DNA of 64,000 bases from Desulfobacterales bacterium. Lineage in GTDB: Bacteria; Desulfobacterota; Desulfobacteria; Desulfobacterales; CAFBRK01. The stretch lies in assembly GCA_021737185.1 (NCBI GenBank), contig JAIPEL010000003.1:31763-95762 (forward strand), given 5' to 3'. The notes beneath the pieces were generated by a model. That model saw only the letters and a list, made by a program, of their open reading frames with translations. It did not search any database and had not been told where the DNA came from. Of the stretch, positions 55,925-64,000 are shown piece by piece (the stretch's first letter is position 1; the number at the start of each line of letters is the position of its first letter). Both the position numbers and the translations under genes were made by a program.

Positions 55925-56602
55925 TTAATTTTCGCCCGTTGTCGAACGGATCACCTCCAACATCTTTTCTACCACCGCCTCGGCGCTAAACTCGGTGGAG
56001 TCGATCCGCACGGCATCCGGCGCCGGCGCCAGCGGAGCCAAGGCTCGATTCGTGTCGTTTTCGTCCCGTCTGGCCATGTCCTTTTCCACCTGCTCGAGGC
56101 TTGCCGCCGCTCCCAGTTCCTGGTAGCGGCGCAGGGCACGGGTCTTCAAGTCCGCAGCAAGGAAAAACTTCACGTCGGCGTCGGGAAAGACCACCGACCC
56201 CATGTCCCTGCCCTCGAAGACCGCAGCCCGGCGGCTTCCCAGATCGCGCTGCACGTCGAGCAAAAAGGTGCGCACGACGGGCCGCGCGCTGACAGCCGAT
56301 GCCGTCATGGAAATTTCCGGTGTGCGGATCAGGTCGGTCACATCCTCTCCGTTGACCAAAAGGCGCGATTGCCCCCCCTGTTGGGAAAAACCGATGCTCA
56401 GACCGTCGCAGAGCCGCGCAAGCCCCTCGTCATCGTCCGGTTCGATCCCGCTTCGCACGGCAGCCAGGGCGACGCCGCGGTAGAGCGCTCCGGTGTCGAC
56501 GTAGGTGTATCCCAGCCGGGCGGCCAGGTTCCGGCTAACAGTGGTCTTGCCGGCGCCGGCCGGCCCGTCGATGGTTATGAGCAGCCCCTTTTCCCGGTTC
56601 AC
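55925..56602 (-). CDS. cmk: Cytidylate kinase
   Basis: 225 aa, ITIDGPAGAGKTTVSRNLAARLGYTYVDTGALYR. Confidence 0.95.
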   Translation of the reverse strand: MNREKGLLITIDGPAGAGKTTVSRNLAARLGYTYVDTGALYRGVALAAVRSGIEPDDDEGLARLCDGLSIGFSQQGGQSRLLVNGEDVTDLIRTPEISMTASAVSARPVVRTFLLDVQRDLGSRRAAVFEGRDMGSVVFPDADVKFFLAADLKTRALRRYQELGAAASLEQVEKDMARRDENDTNRALAPLAPAPDAVRIDSTEFSAEAVVEKMLEVIRSTTGEN

Positions 56603-57684
56603 AGCACCTGCTCCAGGGCGTGGATCAGCCGTCGGTTTTCCTCGTCCGCGCCGGCGTTGACCCGGATGTACGTCGGATACCCATAGGCGGACATCGAGCG
56701 GACGATCACCCCTTTTTTGAGCATCTCTTCGAACACGGCATCCGCGCTTTTTTTGACTTCAATCAGAAAGAAATTAGCCTGGGTCGGAAAGCAGGCGATA
56801 TCTCTTTCGGCCAGGGCCTCGAAAAGATCGTCGATCCCCTTGTGGACCTGCCGCAGCGTCTTGTTCAAAAAGGCCTGATCGTCCAGGGCGGCGAGCGCCC
56901 CGGCCTGGGCCAGGCTGCTGACGTTGAAAGGCATCCTGACGCGATGAAGAAGTTGGGCCAGCTCCGCAGGCATCACCGCGTACCCGACCCGCAAGCCGGC
57001 CAGCCCGTATGCCTTGGAAAAAGTCCGGAGGGTCACCAGGGGGCGGCCGATGTCCATCAGCGCAAGCCCTCTGGCGGCTGCCGGATCCCTGACGAATTCG
57101 ATGTAGGCCTCGTCAAGGACCACCACGATCCCCTCGGGAAGCGCCGATAGAAAATCCGACATCCGCTTCTGATCGATCACGGACCCGGTGGGATTGTTCG
57201 GATTGCACAAAAACACGACCCGCGTCCGCTCGCCGACGGCGTCGGCGACTCGGTCGAGGTCGATGGCCAGATCCTTGAGGGGAACGAAAACCGGCACGGC
57301 GCCGGAAGAGCGCACGGAGATTTCATACATCAGAAACGACGGTCTGGGCATCACCGCTTCGTCTCCGGGCCCTAAGAGCACCCGGCTGAGCATCCCCAAA
57401 ATTTCATCCGACCCGTTTCCCAGGACGATCTGCTCCGGACCCACCTGCAGACGGCGGGCCAGCTTCCGGGTCAGGGCAAAGGCGCTGCCGTCCGGGTATC
57501 GGTGAAGTCGGCCCAGCGCTTCGCCGATCGCCGCCACGGCCTTGGGAGACGGGCCGAGCGGGTTTTCATTCGAGGCCAGCTTGACCGAATCGGCAATCCC
57601 GTATTCTCGCTCCAGTTCCTCCAGGGGTTTTCCCGGGACATAGGGTGCGATGGATCGGATGTGTTCGGCGACCGTAAAGGGCAT
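56599..57684 (-). CDS. hisC: Histidinol-phosphate aminotransferase
   Basis: 361 aa from ATG 57684 (MPFTVAEHIRSIAPYVPGKP...LASNENPLGPSP...TFSKAYGLAGLRVGY). Confidence 0.9.
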   Translation of the reverse strand: MPFTVAEHIRSIAPYVPGKPLEELEREYGIADSVKLASNENPLGPSPKAVAAIGEALGRLHRYPDGSAFALTRKLARRLQVGPEQIVLGNGSDEILGMLSRVLLGPGDEAVMPRPSFLMYEISVRSSGAVPVFVPLKDLAIDLDRVADAVGERTRVVFLCNPNNPTGSVIDQKRMSDFLSALPEGIVVVLDEAYIEFVRDPAAARGLALMDIGRPLVTLRTFSKAYGLAGLRVGYAVMPAELAQLLHRVRMPFNVSSLAQAGALAALDDQAFLNKTLRQVHKGIDDLFEALAERDIACFPTQANFFLIEVKKSADAVFEEMLKKGVIVRSMSAYGYPTYIRVNAGADEENRRLIHALEQVL

Positions 57685-57740
57685 CTGTTCGGCTCCTGAA
57701 AAGGACGCGGCAAGCTGCCGCAACCGGCGAAAGGGCGCGG

Positions 57741-58280
57741 TCAGTTCTTTTGCGCTGCCTGAAACCCCGCGTCGACGGCTTTCAAATTCAATGGGATCAG
57801 CTTCTCTTTTTTGGAAAACTCGGCTTTCACACACTCTTTGAGCAGTTCCCTGTCCACCAGTTTGCTGCGCGCCGCAAAGGCGGCCAGGGCCACGATGTTG
57901 GCCGAGCGCACGCTTCCCAGCTCCTTGGCGATATCGGTGACCGGAATCGACACGGCGTCCACATCTTCCCGGCCGGCACCGATCGGGATCAGGGAGCTGT
58001 TGATGATGATGACGCCGCCGGGCTTGACCACCGGGGCGAATTTTTCAAGGGACGGGCGGTTCATCGCCACCAGGTGCAAAGGATTTCGAATGATCGGCGA
58101 CCCGATGGGGCGATCGCTGATCACCACTGTGCAGTAGGCGGTGCCGCCGCGCATTTCCGGCCCGTAAGAGGGAATCCAGGCCACCTCGAAACCGGAGGTC
58201 ATGGCCGTCTGGGCCAGGATCTTCGCGCTGAGCAGTATCCCCTGGCCGCCGAATCCGGCAAACATCACTTCGCTTTGCAT
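57741..58280 (-). CDS. 2-oxoacid:ferredoxin oxidoreductase, gamma subunit
   Basis: 179 aa from ATG 58280 (MQSEVMFAGFGGQGILLSAKILAQ). Confidence 0.85.
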   Translation of the reverse strand: MQSEVMFAGFGGQGILLSAKILAQTAMTSGFEVAWIPSYGPEMRGGTAYCTVVISDRPIGSPIIRNPLHLVAMNRPSLEKFAPVVKPGGVIIINSSLIPIGAGREDVDAVSIPVTDIAKELGSVRSANIVALAAFAARSKLVDRELLKECVKAEFSKKEKLIPLNLKAVDAGFQAAQKN

Positions 58281-58327
58281 GGGCAACTCCTGTCCGATCA
58301 CCAAAAAGATAACATCCGCAAGACACA

Positions 58328-58407
58328 AATCCGAATTTCGATCTTCGATATTCGGATTTTAGGTGCTGGTTTTCCTGCCGCTTGAAAGGGCGCAGCCAAT
58401 CCGCGCC
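58328..58407. repeat. Hairpin plus GAAAGG..AGCCAAT motif inside the oxidoreductase operon
   Basis: AAATCCGAAT (58328-58337) pairs perfectly with ATTCGGATTT (58350-58359). After it comes CTTGAAAGGGCGCAGCCAATCCGCGCC, which abuts the beta-subunit TAG and is related to the CTGAAAGGCAGAGCCAATTGCC module of the dispersed element. Confidence 0.75.
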
Positions 58408-59180
58408 TAGACGCTGTCCTTGGCCGCCTGCCCGTCCGCTTCCGGGGTCTTGAAGTCACCGAGCGGATAATAGGGGAGCATGGTCTGCTCGGCCCATTGG
58501 ATCGCCTCCACCGGGGTCATCCCCCAGTTGGTCGGACAGGTGCTCACCACCTCGACAAAGCTGAAGCATCGTCCGGCCAGCTGGTACTCGAAAGCCCGTT
58601 TGATCGCCTTTTTCGCCTTGTTGATGGTTTTGGGCTTGAGCACCGTCTGCCGGGTGACATAGGCAGGGGTGGCAAGACTGGAAAGAAGTTCGGCCATCCG
58701 GATCGGCATGCCGACATCGTTCACATCCCTTCCGAAGGGCGACGTGGTGGTCCGCTGATTCGGCATCGTCGTGGGGGCCATCTGTCCGCCGGTCATACCG
58801 TATACGGCGTTGTTGACGAATATGGTGGTAAATTTTTCGCCCCGGTTGGCGGCGTGGATGATCTCCCCCATGCCGATGCTGGCCAGGTCGCCGTCTCCCT
58901 GATACGTGAAGACGACCAGATCCGGCCGCACCCGCTTGATGCCGGTGGCCATGGCCGGGGCCCGGCCGTGGGCGGCCTCCTGAAAGTCGAAGGTAAAATA
59001 ATTGTAGGCGAGCACCGCACAGCCCACCGGCGCAATGCCCACGGTTTTTCCGCGAATCCCCAGCTCGTCGATGACCTCGGCAATGAGACGGTGAATGACG
59101 CCGTGGGTGCATCCCGGGCAGTAATGGGTCACCGCATCGGACAGGGCCTCCGGTTTTGCAAACGTTTTTCCTTTCGCCAT
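58407..59180 (-). CDS. 2-oxoacid:ferredoxin oxidoreductase, beta (TPP-binding) subunit
   Basis: 257 aa with CPGCTHG and GDGD..SIG TPP-binding motifs. Confidence 0.9.
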   Translation of the reverse strand: MAKGKTFAKPEALSDAVTHYCPGCTHGVIHRLIAEVIDELGIRGKTVGIAPVGCAVLAYNYFTFDFQEAAHGRAPAMATGIKRVRPDLVVFTYQGDGDLASIGMGEIIHAANRGEKFTTIFVNNAVYGMTGGQMAPTTMPNQRTTTSPFGRDVNDVGMPIRMAELLSSLATPAYVTRQTVLKPKTINKAKKAIKRAFEYQLAGRCFSFVEVVSTCPTNWGMTPVEAIQWAEQTMLPYYPLGDFKTPEADGQAAKDSV

Positions 59181-59236
59181 GGTTCGAACTCCTTGCCGTG
59201 CACACCGGCTCGTTTATGCGGCAGATGGTTGCAATT

Positions 59237-60304
59237 CTATAGAAGCGAGCGGGTAAAATCGATGATCTCTTCCGGGGTCGGAACATCTCCGCCGCACTTG
59301 CCGTACCAGTGAACCGGCAATGAGCCCCGGACCGATCGCTCCACATCTTCGACCATCTGACCCATGCTCATCTCGATACTGGCTACTGCACGGCAGCCGG
59401 CTTTGCCGGCTGCCGTGCGCACCGCTTCTTCGGGAAATGGAAACAGCGTCTGGGGCCGGACCATCCCCACTTCGACCCCCTCCTCCTTGAGCTGATCGAT
59501 GGCGGTTCGGCATACCCGGCTCATGGTCCCGTAGCTGACCAACAGCACTCGATAGTCGCTGTCGGTATTGTAGGTTTCAAAGCGGATCTCTTCCTGTTTC
59601 ATCTGCTCGTATTTGGCCTTGAGCGTCAGATTGTTGCTGTTGAGCTGATCCGGATCGAGAAAGAGAGACTTGACCAGGTTGCGCTTGTCGCTCTTGCGAA
59701 ACGCCATGCCGTTGGTGGCCCAGTCGTCCTTGTTGGTCGGCTCGGTGCGCAGGTGGTCGGGAAACTCCACCGGCTCCATCATCTGTCCGATGAGCCCGTC
59801 GCCCAAGATCATGACCGGATTCCGATATTTTTCAGAAAGCGGAAACGCTTGCATGACCATTTCCACTGCCTCCTGGACGCTGGCCGGCGCCATGACCAGA
59901 AGTCGGTAATCGCCGTGGCCGCCCCCCTTGACCGATTGAAAATAGTCTGCCTGGGAAGGAAGAATTCCACCCAGCCCCGGGCCGCCGCGCATGATGTTGA
60001 CAAAGACCGCCGGGCACTGGGCTGCGGCAATGTAGCTGATGGCTTCACTCATCAGGCTGATGCCGGGGCTGGAAGAGGTGGTGAAAACCCGGGCGCCGCA
60101 GGCCGCGGCCCCGAAGATCATGTAGGAGACGGCCACTTCGCTTTCTCCCTGGAGAAAAACGCCTCCCACCTCCGGCATTCGCCGGGAGAGGTATTCGGCC
60201 ACCTCGGACTGGGGGGTGATCGGGTAGGCAAAGTAGTTCAGGCAACCGGCCCGGATCGCCGCTTCTCCGATCGCTTCGTTTCCTTTCATGAGAACTTTGG
60301 CCAT
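59237..60304 (-). CDS. 2-oxoacid:ferredoxin oxidoreductase, alpha subunit
   Basis: 355 aa from ATG 60304 (MAKVLMKGNEAIGEAAIRAGC..FAYPITPQSE). Confidence 0.9.
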   Translation of the reverse strand: MAKVLMKGNEAIGEAAIRAGCLNYFAYPITPQSEVAEYLSRRMPEVGGVFLQGESEVAVSYMIFGAAACGARVFTTSSSPGISLMSEAISYIAAAQCPAVFVNIMRGGPGLGGILPSQADYFQSVKGGGHGDYRLLVMAPASVQEAVEMVMQAFPLSEKYRNPVMILGDGLIGQMMEPVEFPDHLRTEPTNKDDWATNGMAFRKSDKRNLVKSLFLDPDQLNSNNLTLKAKYEQMKQEEIRFETYNTDSDYRVLLVSYGTMSRVCRTAIDQLKEEGVEVGMVRPQTLFPFPEEAVRTAAGKAGCRAVASIEMSMGQMVEDVERSVRGSLPVHWYGKCGGDVPTPEEIIDFTRSLL

Positions 60305-60317
60305 GAGTTGCCTCCGT

Positions 60318-60545
60318 TTATCGGGTCTTTTCTTCGGTCTCTTCGGTGATGGTGATGGCCACATCCGGACACATGACACAGCACAGGGCACAGAAGATGC
60401 AGTCTTCCGGGCGGGCCTGGAAGACCGGGAAGTATCCTTTGGGACTGACCTGCTCGGAAATCTCCAGGACGTTCTTGGGGCAGACGGTGACGCAAAGTCC
60501 GCAGCCTTTGCAGCGGTTTTCGTCGATATGGTGGGAAAAAGCCAT
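60318..60545 (-). CDS. 2-oxoacid:ferredoxin oxidoreductase, delta subunit (2x[4Fe-4S] ferredoxin)
   Basis: 75 aa from ATG 60545 with two Cys clusters (CKGCGLCVTVCP, CIFCALCCVMCP). Confidence 0.85.
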   Translation of the reverse strand: MAFSHHIDENRCKGCGLCVTVCPKNVLEISEQVSPKGYFPVFQARPEDCIFCALCCVMCPDVAITITEETEEKTR

Positions 60546-60549
60546 TTCT

Positions 60550-61293
60550 CTATGCTCCTTTAGCGGTTTTGGCCGCCGCGGCCACTTTTGAGATGATGCC
60601 CGGAAGCTGCACCGCCTGCTTCCAGGGAGGAACGAGCTGCCGCCGAATCGGCAGCAGGGGCCGCCCGATGCGTTCGGCATCGAGCCCGTCGACGAGTTCG
60701 ACCGGTGCCGTGACAAACTCCAGCGGAAGCCCGGTCCGCTCGGCAAGATTTTTTACGAAGTCCGCCCCTTGGTAGACGTCATCGGCCACGGTCTCATCGA
60801 GCAGGTGCGGGTTGGCGATCCATCCGGTAACGGCCTGCCTCGAAGACGCTTCGATTTCCGCCTGGATCTTGAGGCAGCCTTCGATGGTTTCGGTAAACGG
60901 CCGATAGGGATTGACGACCTGCAGCATCTGAAAGTCCTGGCGGCCGAAGGCATCGGCCAACGACGCCAGCACGGTGGCGCCCACGTCGTCTCCGCCGACG
61001 TCGATAATCGTCAGCGGCGCCGGGCTTCGGATCAGTCCGGCGATCCGAGGGCTTAGGATCGGCAGGTCGGCGTTGAGATACTGGTCTTCGGGAAGCACCA
61101 CGTCAACCCCCCGGGCCTCCAACTGCTTCCGCGCCTGCCGGGTTCTGAAATAGGGATTGACCAGGTCCAGGTCTGCAATCCGGACTTCGATGCCGGCGTT
61201 GCGCCGAACGACCGCCAGATTGACTGCGACCTCGGTCTTTCCGCTGCCGTAGTTGCCCACGATGACGACGATGCCGTCGAGTCGGATCTCCAT
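60550..61293 (-). CDS. P-loop NTPase of unknown role (MinD/ParA/CobQ-like superfamily)
   Basis: 247 aa from ATG 61293 (MEIRLDGIVVIVGNYGSGKTEVAVNLA) with IIDVGGDD as the Walker B region. Its stop lies 5 nt upstream of the delta-subunit start. Confidence 0.6.
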   Translation of the reverse strand: MEIRLDGIVVIVGNYGSGKTEVAVNLAVVRRNAGIEVRIADLDLVNPYFRTRQARKQLEARGVDVVLPEDQYLNADLPILSPRIAGLIRSPAPLTIIDVGGDDVGATVLASLADAFGRQDFQMLQVVNPYRPFTETIEGCLKIQAEIEASSRQAVTGWIANPHLLDETVADDVYQGADFVKNLAERTGLPLEFVTAPVELVDGLDAERIGRPLLPIRRQLVPPWKQAVQLPGIISKVAAAAKTAKGA

Positions 61294-61555
61294 CTTCTCA
61301 CTCGCTAGCGGCTCTTTTGGTGTATCGTGCCCGTGCCGTCTGATTGAAGGATTCTGGGAAATTTTCAAGCTGGCGTCTTATGGCGGCGGCCGCGGCCGGT
61401 CCGGCCCAGCCGTTCTGGCCGGAATTCGGGCAAAGCGTCTTTGTATTGCCTAATGTCAGGTTTGTCAAGAAAGTCAATGGCGATGACCGGTTGAAATTCC
61501 AGGGGGTTTGGGGTATCCAGAGCCATTGTTTACTCACCAGGAGGTCGATCACGGC

Positions 61556-62731
61556 ATGGTCGAGGTAAAAACCGGTCTGGAAAAATTCGTTCAATCTCCA
61601 CCGCAGGAACTGATGGGGCTGCGCATCGGCCTCTTGTGCAATCCGGCCTCGGTGGACCGCCGCCTTGTCCACGCCCGGTTTTGCATCGACCGCATTGCGG
61701 AAATGAAGCTGACCGCCCTGTTCTCCCCCCAGCACGGGTTTTACTCCGAAAAACAGGACAACATGATCGAGTCCGAAGACCGCCTCGACCCGGCCTTGAA
61801 GATTCCGGCTTATTCGCTTTACGGCAGCACGCGGGTTCCCACCGAGAAGATGCTGGACGCCGTCGACCTCTTCGTCGTCGATCTGCAGGATGTCGGCACA
61901 CGGGTCTATACCTTCATCTCCACCATGGCCCTTTGCATGGAAGCCGCAAAGCGCCGGGGCCGAAAGGTCGTGGTTCTGGATCGGCCCAACCCCATCGGCG
62001 GTCTGGCCGTGGAGGGCAGCTGCCTCGACCCGGCCCTGCGCTCGTTTGTGGGCAAATACCCGCTGCCGATGCGCCACGGGCTGACCATCGCCGAGCTCGC
62101 CCTGTTGTTCAACGAACACTTCGGCATCGGCTGCGACCTTTCAGTCATCCCGATGGACGGATGGAAGCGTTGGATGCACTTTTCCGACACCGGTCTTCCC
62201 TGGGTAGCTCCCTCGCCGAACATGCCTTCTCCGGCATCGGCCCAGGTCTATCCCGGACAGGTCCTCTTTGAAGGGACCAACGTCTCCGAAGGCCGGGGGA
62301 CCACACAGCCCTTCGAGCTGTTCGGGGCCCCTTTCATCGAACCGGAGGCCGTTCTTGAACGGCTGCCGGAGCAGGTGCTTTCCGGGGTGTCCCTTCGGCC
62401 CGCGGCATTTGAACCGACCTGGAACAAATGGACAGGGCGGCTTTGCAACGGCTTTCAGATCCATCTGCTGGACCGGTCCGCGTACCGGCCCTGCCGCTGC
62501 TCGACTGCGCTTCTGGCCGCGATCCGCGGCCTTTACCCGAAAAGGTTTGCGTGGAAGACGCCTCCCTATGAATACGAATACGATCAAATGCCCATCGATC
62601 TCATTTGCGGTGACGGCCGTCTCCGCCAAAAAATCGAAGAGGGCGCCGGTGTTACCGAACTGGTCGACGGCTGGGATGCGGACGAAGCCGCGTTCGAAGA
62701 ACTGAGAAAGCCGTATCTGCTGTACGAATAA
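61556..62731 (+). CDS. DUF1343 family protein (exo-beta-N-acetylmuramidase NamZ-like)
   Basis: About 391 aa, with LLCNPASV, LFSPQHGF and DLQDVGTRVYTF motifs typical of DUF1343. ATG 61556 is preferred over TTG 61508. Confidence 0.85.
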   Translation: MVEVKTGLEKFVQSPPQELMGLRIGLLCNPASVDRRLVHARFCIDRIAEMKLTALFSPQHGFYSEKQDNMIESEDRLDPALKIPAYSLYGSTRVPTEKMLDAVDLFVVDLQDVGTRVYTFISTMALCMEAAKRRGRKVVVLDRPNPIGGLAVEGSCLDPALRSFVGKYPLPMRHGLTIAELALLFNEHFGIGCDLSVIPMDGWKRWMHFSDTGLPWVAPSPNMPSPASAQVYPGQVLFEGTNVSEGRGTTQPFELFGAPFIEPEAVLERLPEQVLSGVSLRPAAFEPTWNKWTGRLCNGFQIHLLDRSAYRPCRCSTALLAAIRGLYPKRFAWKTPPYEYEYDQMPIDLICGDGRLRQKIEEGAGVTELVDGWDADEAAFEELRKPYLLYE

Positions 62732-62750
62732 AATCGCGCAGCGATTTTAT
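62728..62750. repeat. 10-bp palindrome containing the DUF1343 gene stop codon
   Basis: ATAAAATCGC-gca-GCGATTTTAT, with the TAA at 62729-62731. It is followed by the GC palindrome GCGGCGGCGCCGCCGC. Confidence 0.8.
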
Positions 62751-62780
62751 CGGAGGCGGCGGCGCCGCCGCTCGGAGACG

Positions 62781-62982
62781 GAATTCAAAATTCCAGATTC
62801 AAGATTCAAGATTGATGAAATCGTAAAAAATACCCGAAATCTTCGTCGCGCTTGATTTGGCCTTTATAAGTATTTAAACATACTGGATTCCCGCTTTCGC
62901 GGGAATGACGAAAAAGGGTAATTCGGACTTTTTTCGAAACCATCAACCTGAACGTGGAACCTTGAACTTTGAACTTTGAACC
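62781..62982. repeat. GATTCAAG / GTTCAAAG-type inverted arms enclosing a REP half-copy
   Basis: The left arm is 62781-62814 and the right arm is 62947-62982. The interior contains GGATTCCCGCTTTCGCGGGAATGACG, the reverse orientation of the 13471-13499 hairpin. Confidence 0.75.
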
Positions 62983-62992
62983 AAAAAGTCCC

Positions 62993-63637
62993 ATGGCCGA
63001 CCGCTGGGAGCGGATGAAATTCAAGAACAACAAGGTCTGGGTTGCCGTGGACGCCGACGGACGGCCGGTGATCGCCGATGGACGCGCCCGCATCCGCTAT
63101 CGACGCGAAGATGAAGAAAGGGAGTACCGAGTCAACCCCGCAAACCTTCGCTCCTTGGACGACCCGGCCCCGGAGCCTGCCCCCCCCCGCTCCAGGCAGA
63201 AGGCTCCGGCAGGCGGGAACCACATTCCGGAAAACGCGGTGGTGATTTATACCGACGGCGCCTCTTCCGGAAATCCGGGCCCTTCAGGAATCGGGGTCGT
63301 CCTGCGCTGGGGCGAACACGAACGGGAAATTTCGCGCCATATCGGACAGGCAACCAACAACATTGCAGAGCTCGAAGCGATCCGAGCGGCGCTGGAGGCG
63401 GTAAAAAATCCGAAGCTGCCGGTTCGGATCTACACCGACAGCAGTTATGCCTATGGCCTGCTGGAGTTGGGCTGGAAGGCGAAAAAAAACACCCGGCAGG
63501 TCGAAGAGATCCGCAGCCTGCTGGCCGCTTTTCCGGACGTAAAAATCCTCAAGGTGAAGGGGCACGCAGGAGACCCCGGAAACGAACGGGCAGACCATCT
63601 AGCGACCGCCGCCATCCGGCGCTCGGTCGGGGGCTGA
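62993..63637 (+). CDS. rnhA: Ribonuclease HI with ~70-aa N-terminal extension
   Basis: The C-terminal ~145 aa form the RNase H fold (VIYTDGASSGNPGPSG...TNNIAELEAI...IYTDSSY...GHAGDPGNERADHLA). The N-terminal region (MADRWERMKFKNNKVWVAVDADGRPV...) is not the classical hybrid-binding domain as far as I can tell. Confidence 0.9.
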   Translation: MADRWERMKFKNNKVWVAVDADGRPVIADGRARIRYRREDEEREYRVNPANLRSLDDPAPEPAPPRSRQKAPAGGNHIPENAVVIYTDGASSGNPGPSGIGVVLRWGEHEREISRHIGQATNNIAELEAIRAALEAVKNPKLPVRIYTDSSYAYGLLELGWKAKKNTRQVEEIRSLLAAFPDVKILKVKGHAGDPGNERADHLATAAIRRSVGG

Positions 63638-63666
63638 TTCCCGGGTGCCGTCGATATAGTGACAAA

Positions 63667-63695
63667 AAAACCCCGCGGCAGCGCTACGGGGTTTT
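63667..63695. terminator. Bidirectional intrinsic terminator candidate
   Basis: A7, then CCCCGCGG-cagc-GCTACGGGG, then TTTT. It lies between convergent rnhA and the minus-strand membrane protein gene. Confidence 0.6.
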
Positions 63696-63726
63696 CTGTA
63701 TACTTTTCGCGGTACGCGAAATCATT

Positions 63727-63750
63727 ATAAAATCGCGCCAGCGATTTTAT
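63727..63750. repeat. 10-bp palindrome abutting the stop of the minus-strand membrane protein gene
   Basis: ATAAAATCGC-gcca-GCGATTTTAT. The last T is the first base (in plus coordinates) of the TGA at 63750-63752. Confidence 0.8.
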
Positions 63751-64000
63751 CAGGACTTTTCCGACTTCAGGCTTTCCACTTCTTTTTTCAGATCTTCGAT
63801 CTCTTTTTTGTATTCGTCCACATCCTCGCCGGCGTCTGCCGTGTCAAATGCGGTTTCATCTTTTTTCCAGGTGTCTTTCAGCTCGTCAAAGCCGAGGTAA
63901 AGCGCCAGCCCGCCGCCGAGAAGCAGCATGATCGGAATTGCGCCGGCCAGCAGCTGCAAGAAAGGTTTCCACCATACCGAAAGCCCGATGAGGCCTAAAA
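63750..64000 (-). CDS. Small membrane protein with acidic coiled-coil tail (5' end outside the window)
   Basis: The frame stays open upstream of the tracked TTG (..LGLIGLSVWWKPFLQLLAGAIPIMLLLGGGLALYLGF..). The tail is KKEIEDLKKEVESLKSEKS. I recognise no family. Confidence 0.4.
   Translation of the reverse strand, partial: LGLIGLSVWWKPFLQLLAGAIPIMLLLGGGLALYLGFDELKDTWKKDETAFDTADAGEDVDEYKKEIEDLKKEVESLKSEKS

Overview
This is a high-GC (roughly 60%) chromosomal segment. Its gene content looks like a Desulfobacterota (deltaproteobacterial) anaerobe, but that is inference only. Almost all of the coding capacity is housekeeping:
- a copZ-cysQ-copA copper module;
- tex, dtd and a PBP4-type peptidase;
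- a long minus-strand block: lon, tsaB, psd, an IPMDH-family gene, greA, rpoZ, a TtcA-like gene, folE2;
- pilD, proA, ilvA, and an amino-acid ABC importer;
- miaB, recJ, the dnaE-manC-degT run, guaB, tsaC;
- sppA-rpsA-cmk-hisC, a four-subunit 2-oxoacid:ferredoxin oxidoreductase, and rnhA.

I found no rRNA, tRNA, CRISPR array, transposase, integrase or prophage gene. I see no textbook accessory island.

Four small gene modules do not match any system I know:
- a dynamin-like GTPase followed by an orphan ParA;
- a secreted transglutaminase-like protein, a PPP-type phosphoesterase, and a Hanks kinase fused to a DUF1566-like domain;
- a cNMP-binding protein with an Sm/Hfq-like C-terminus plus a 93-aa partner;
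- a MinD-like ATPase with a J-like/HTH protein.

The most unusual signal is non-coding. Most gaps at gene 3' ends are built from foldback structures of several kinds:
- inverted arms made of locus-specific 7-12 nt tandem units that start at or on the stop codons;
- a family of AT-flanked, GCGC-core palindromes that physically contain stop codons;
- REP-like GC hairpin mosaics;
- a roughly 165-195 nt element present twice;
- a MITE-like element present as an 74-nt copy and a 250-nt nested-foldback copy;
- a 520-bp gene-free gap holding a roughly 260-nt hairpin.

All functional interpretations of these elements are inference.
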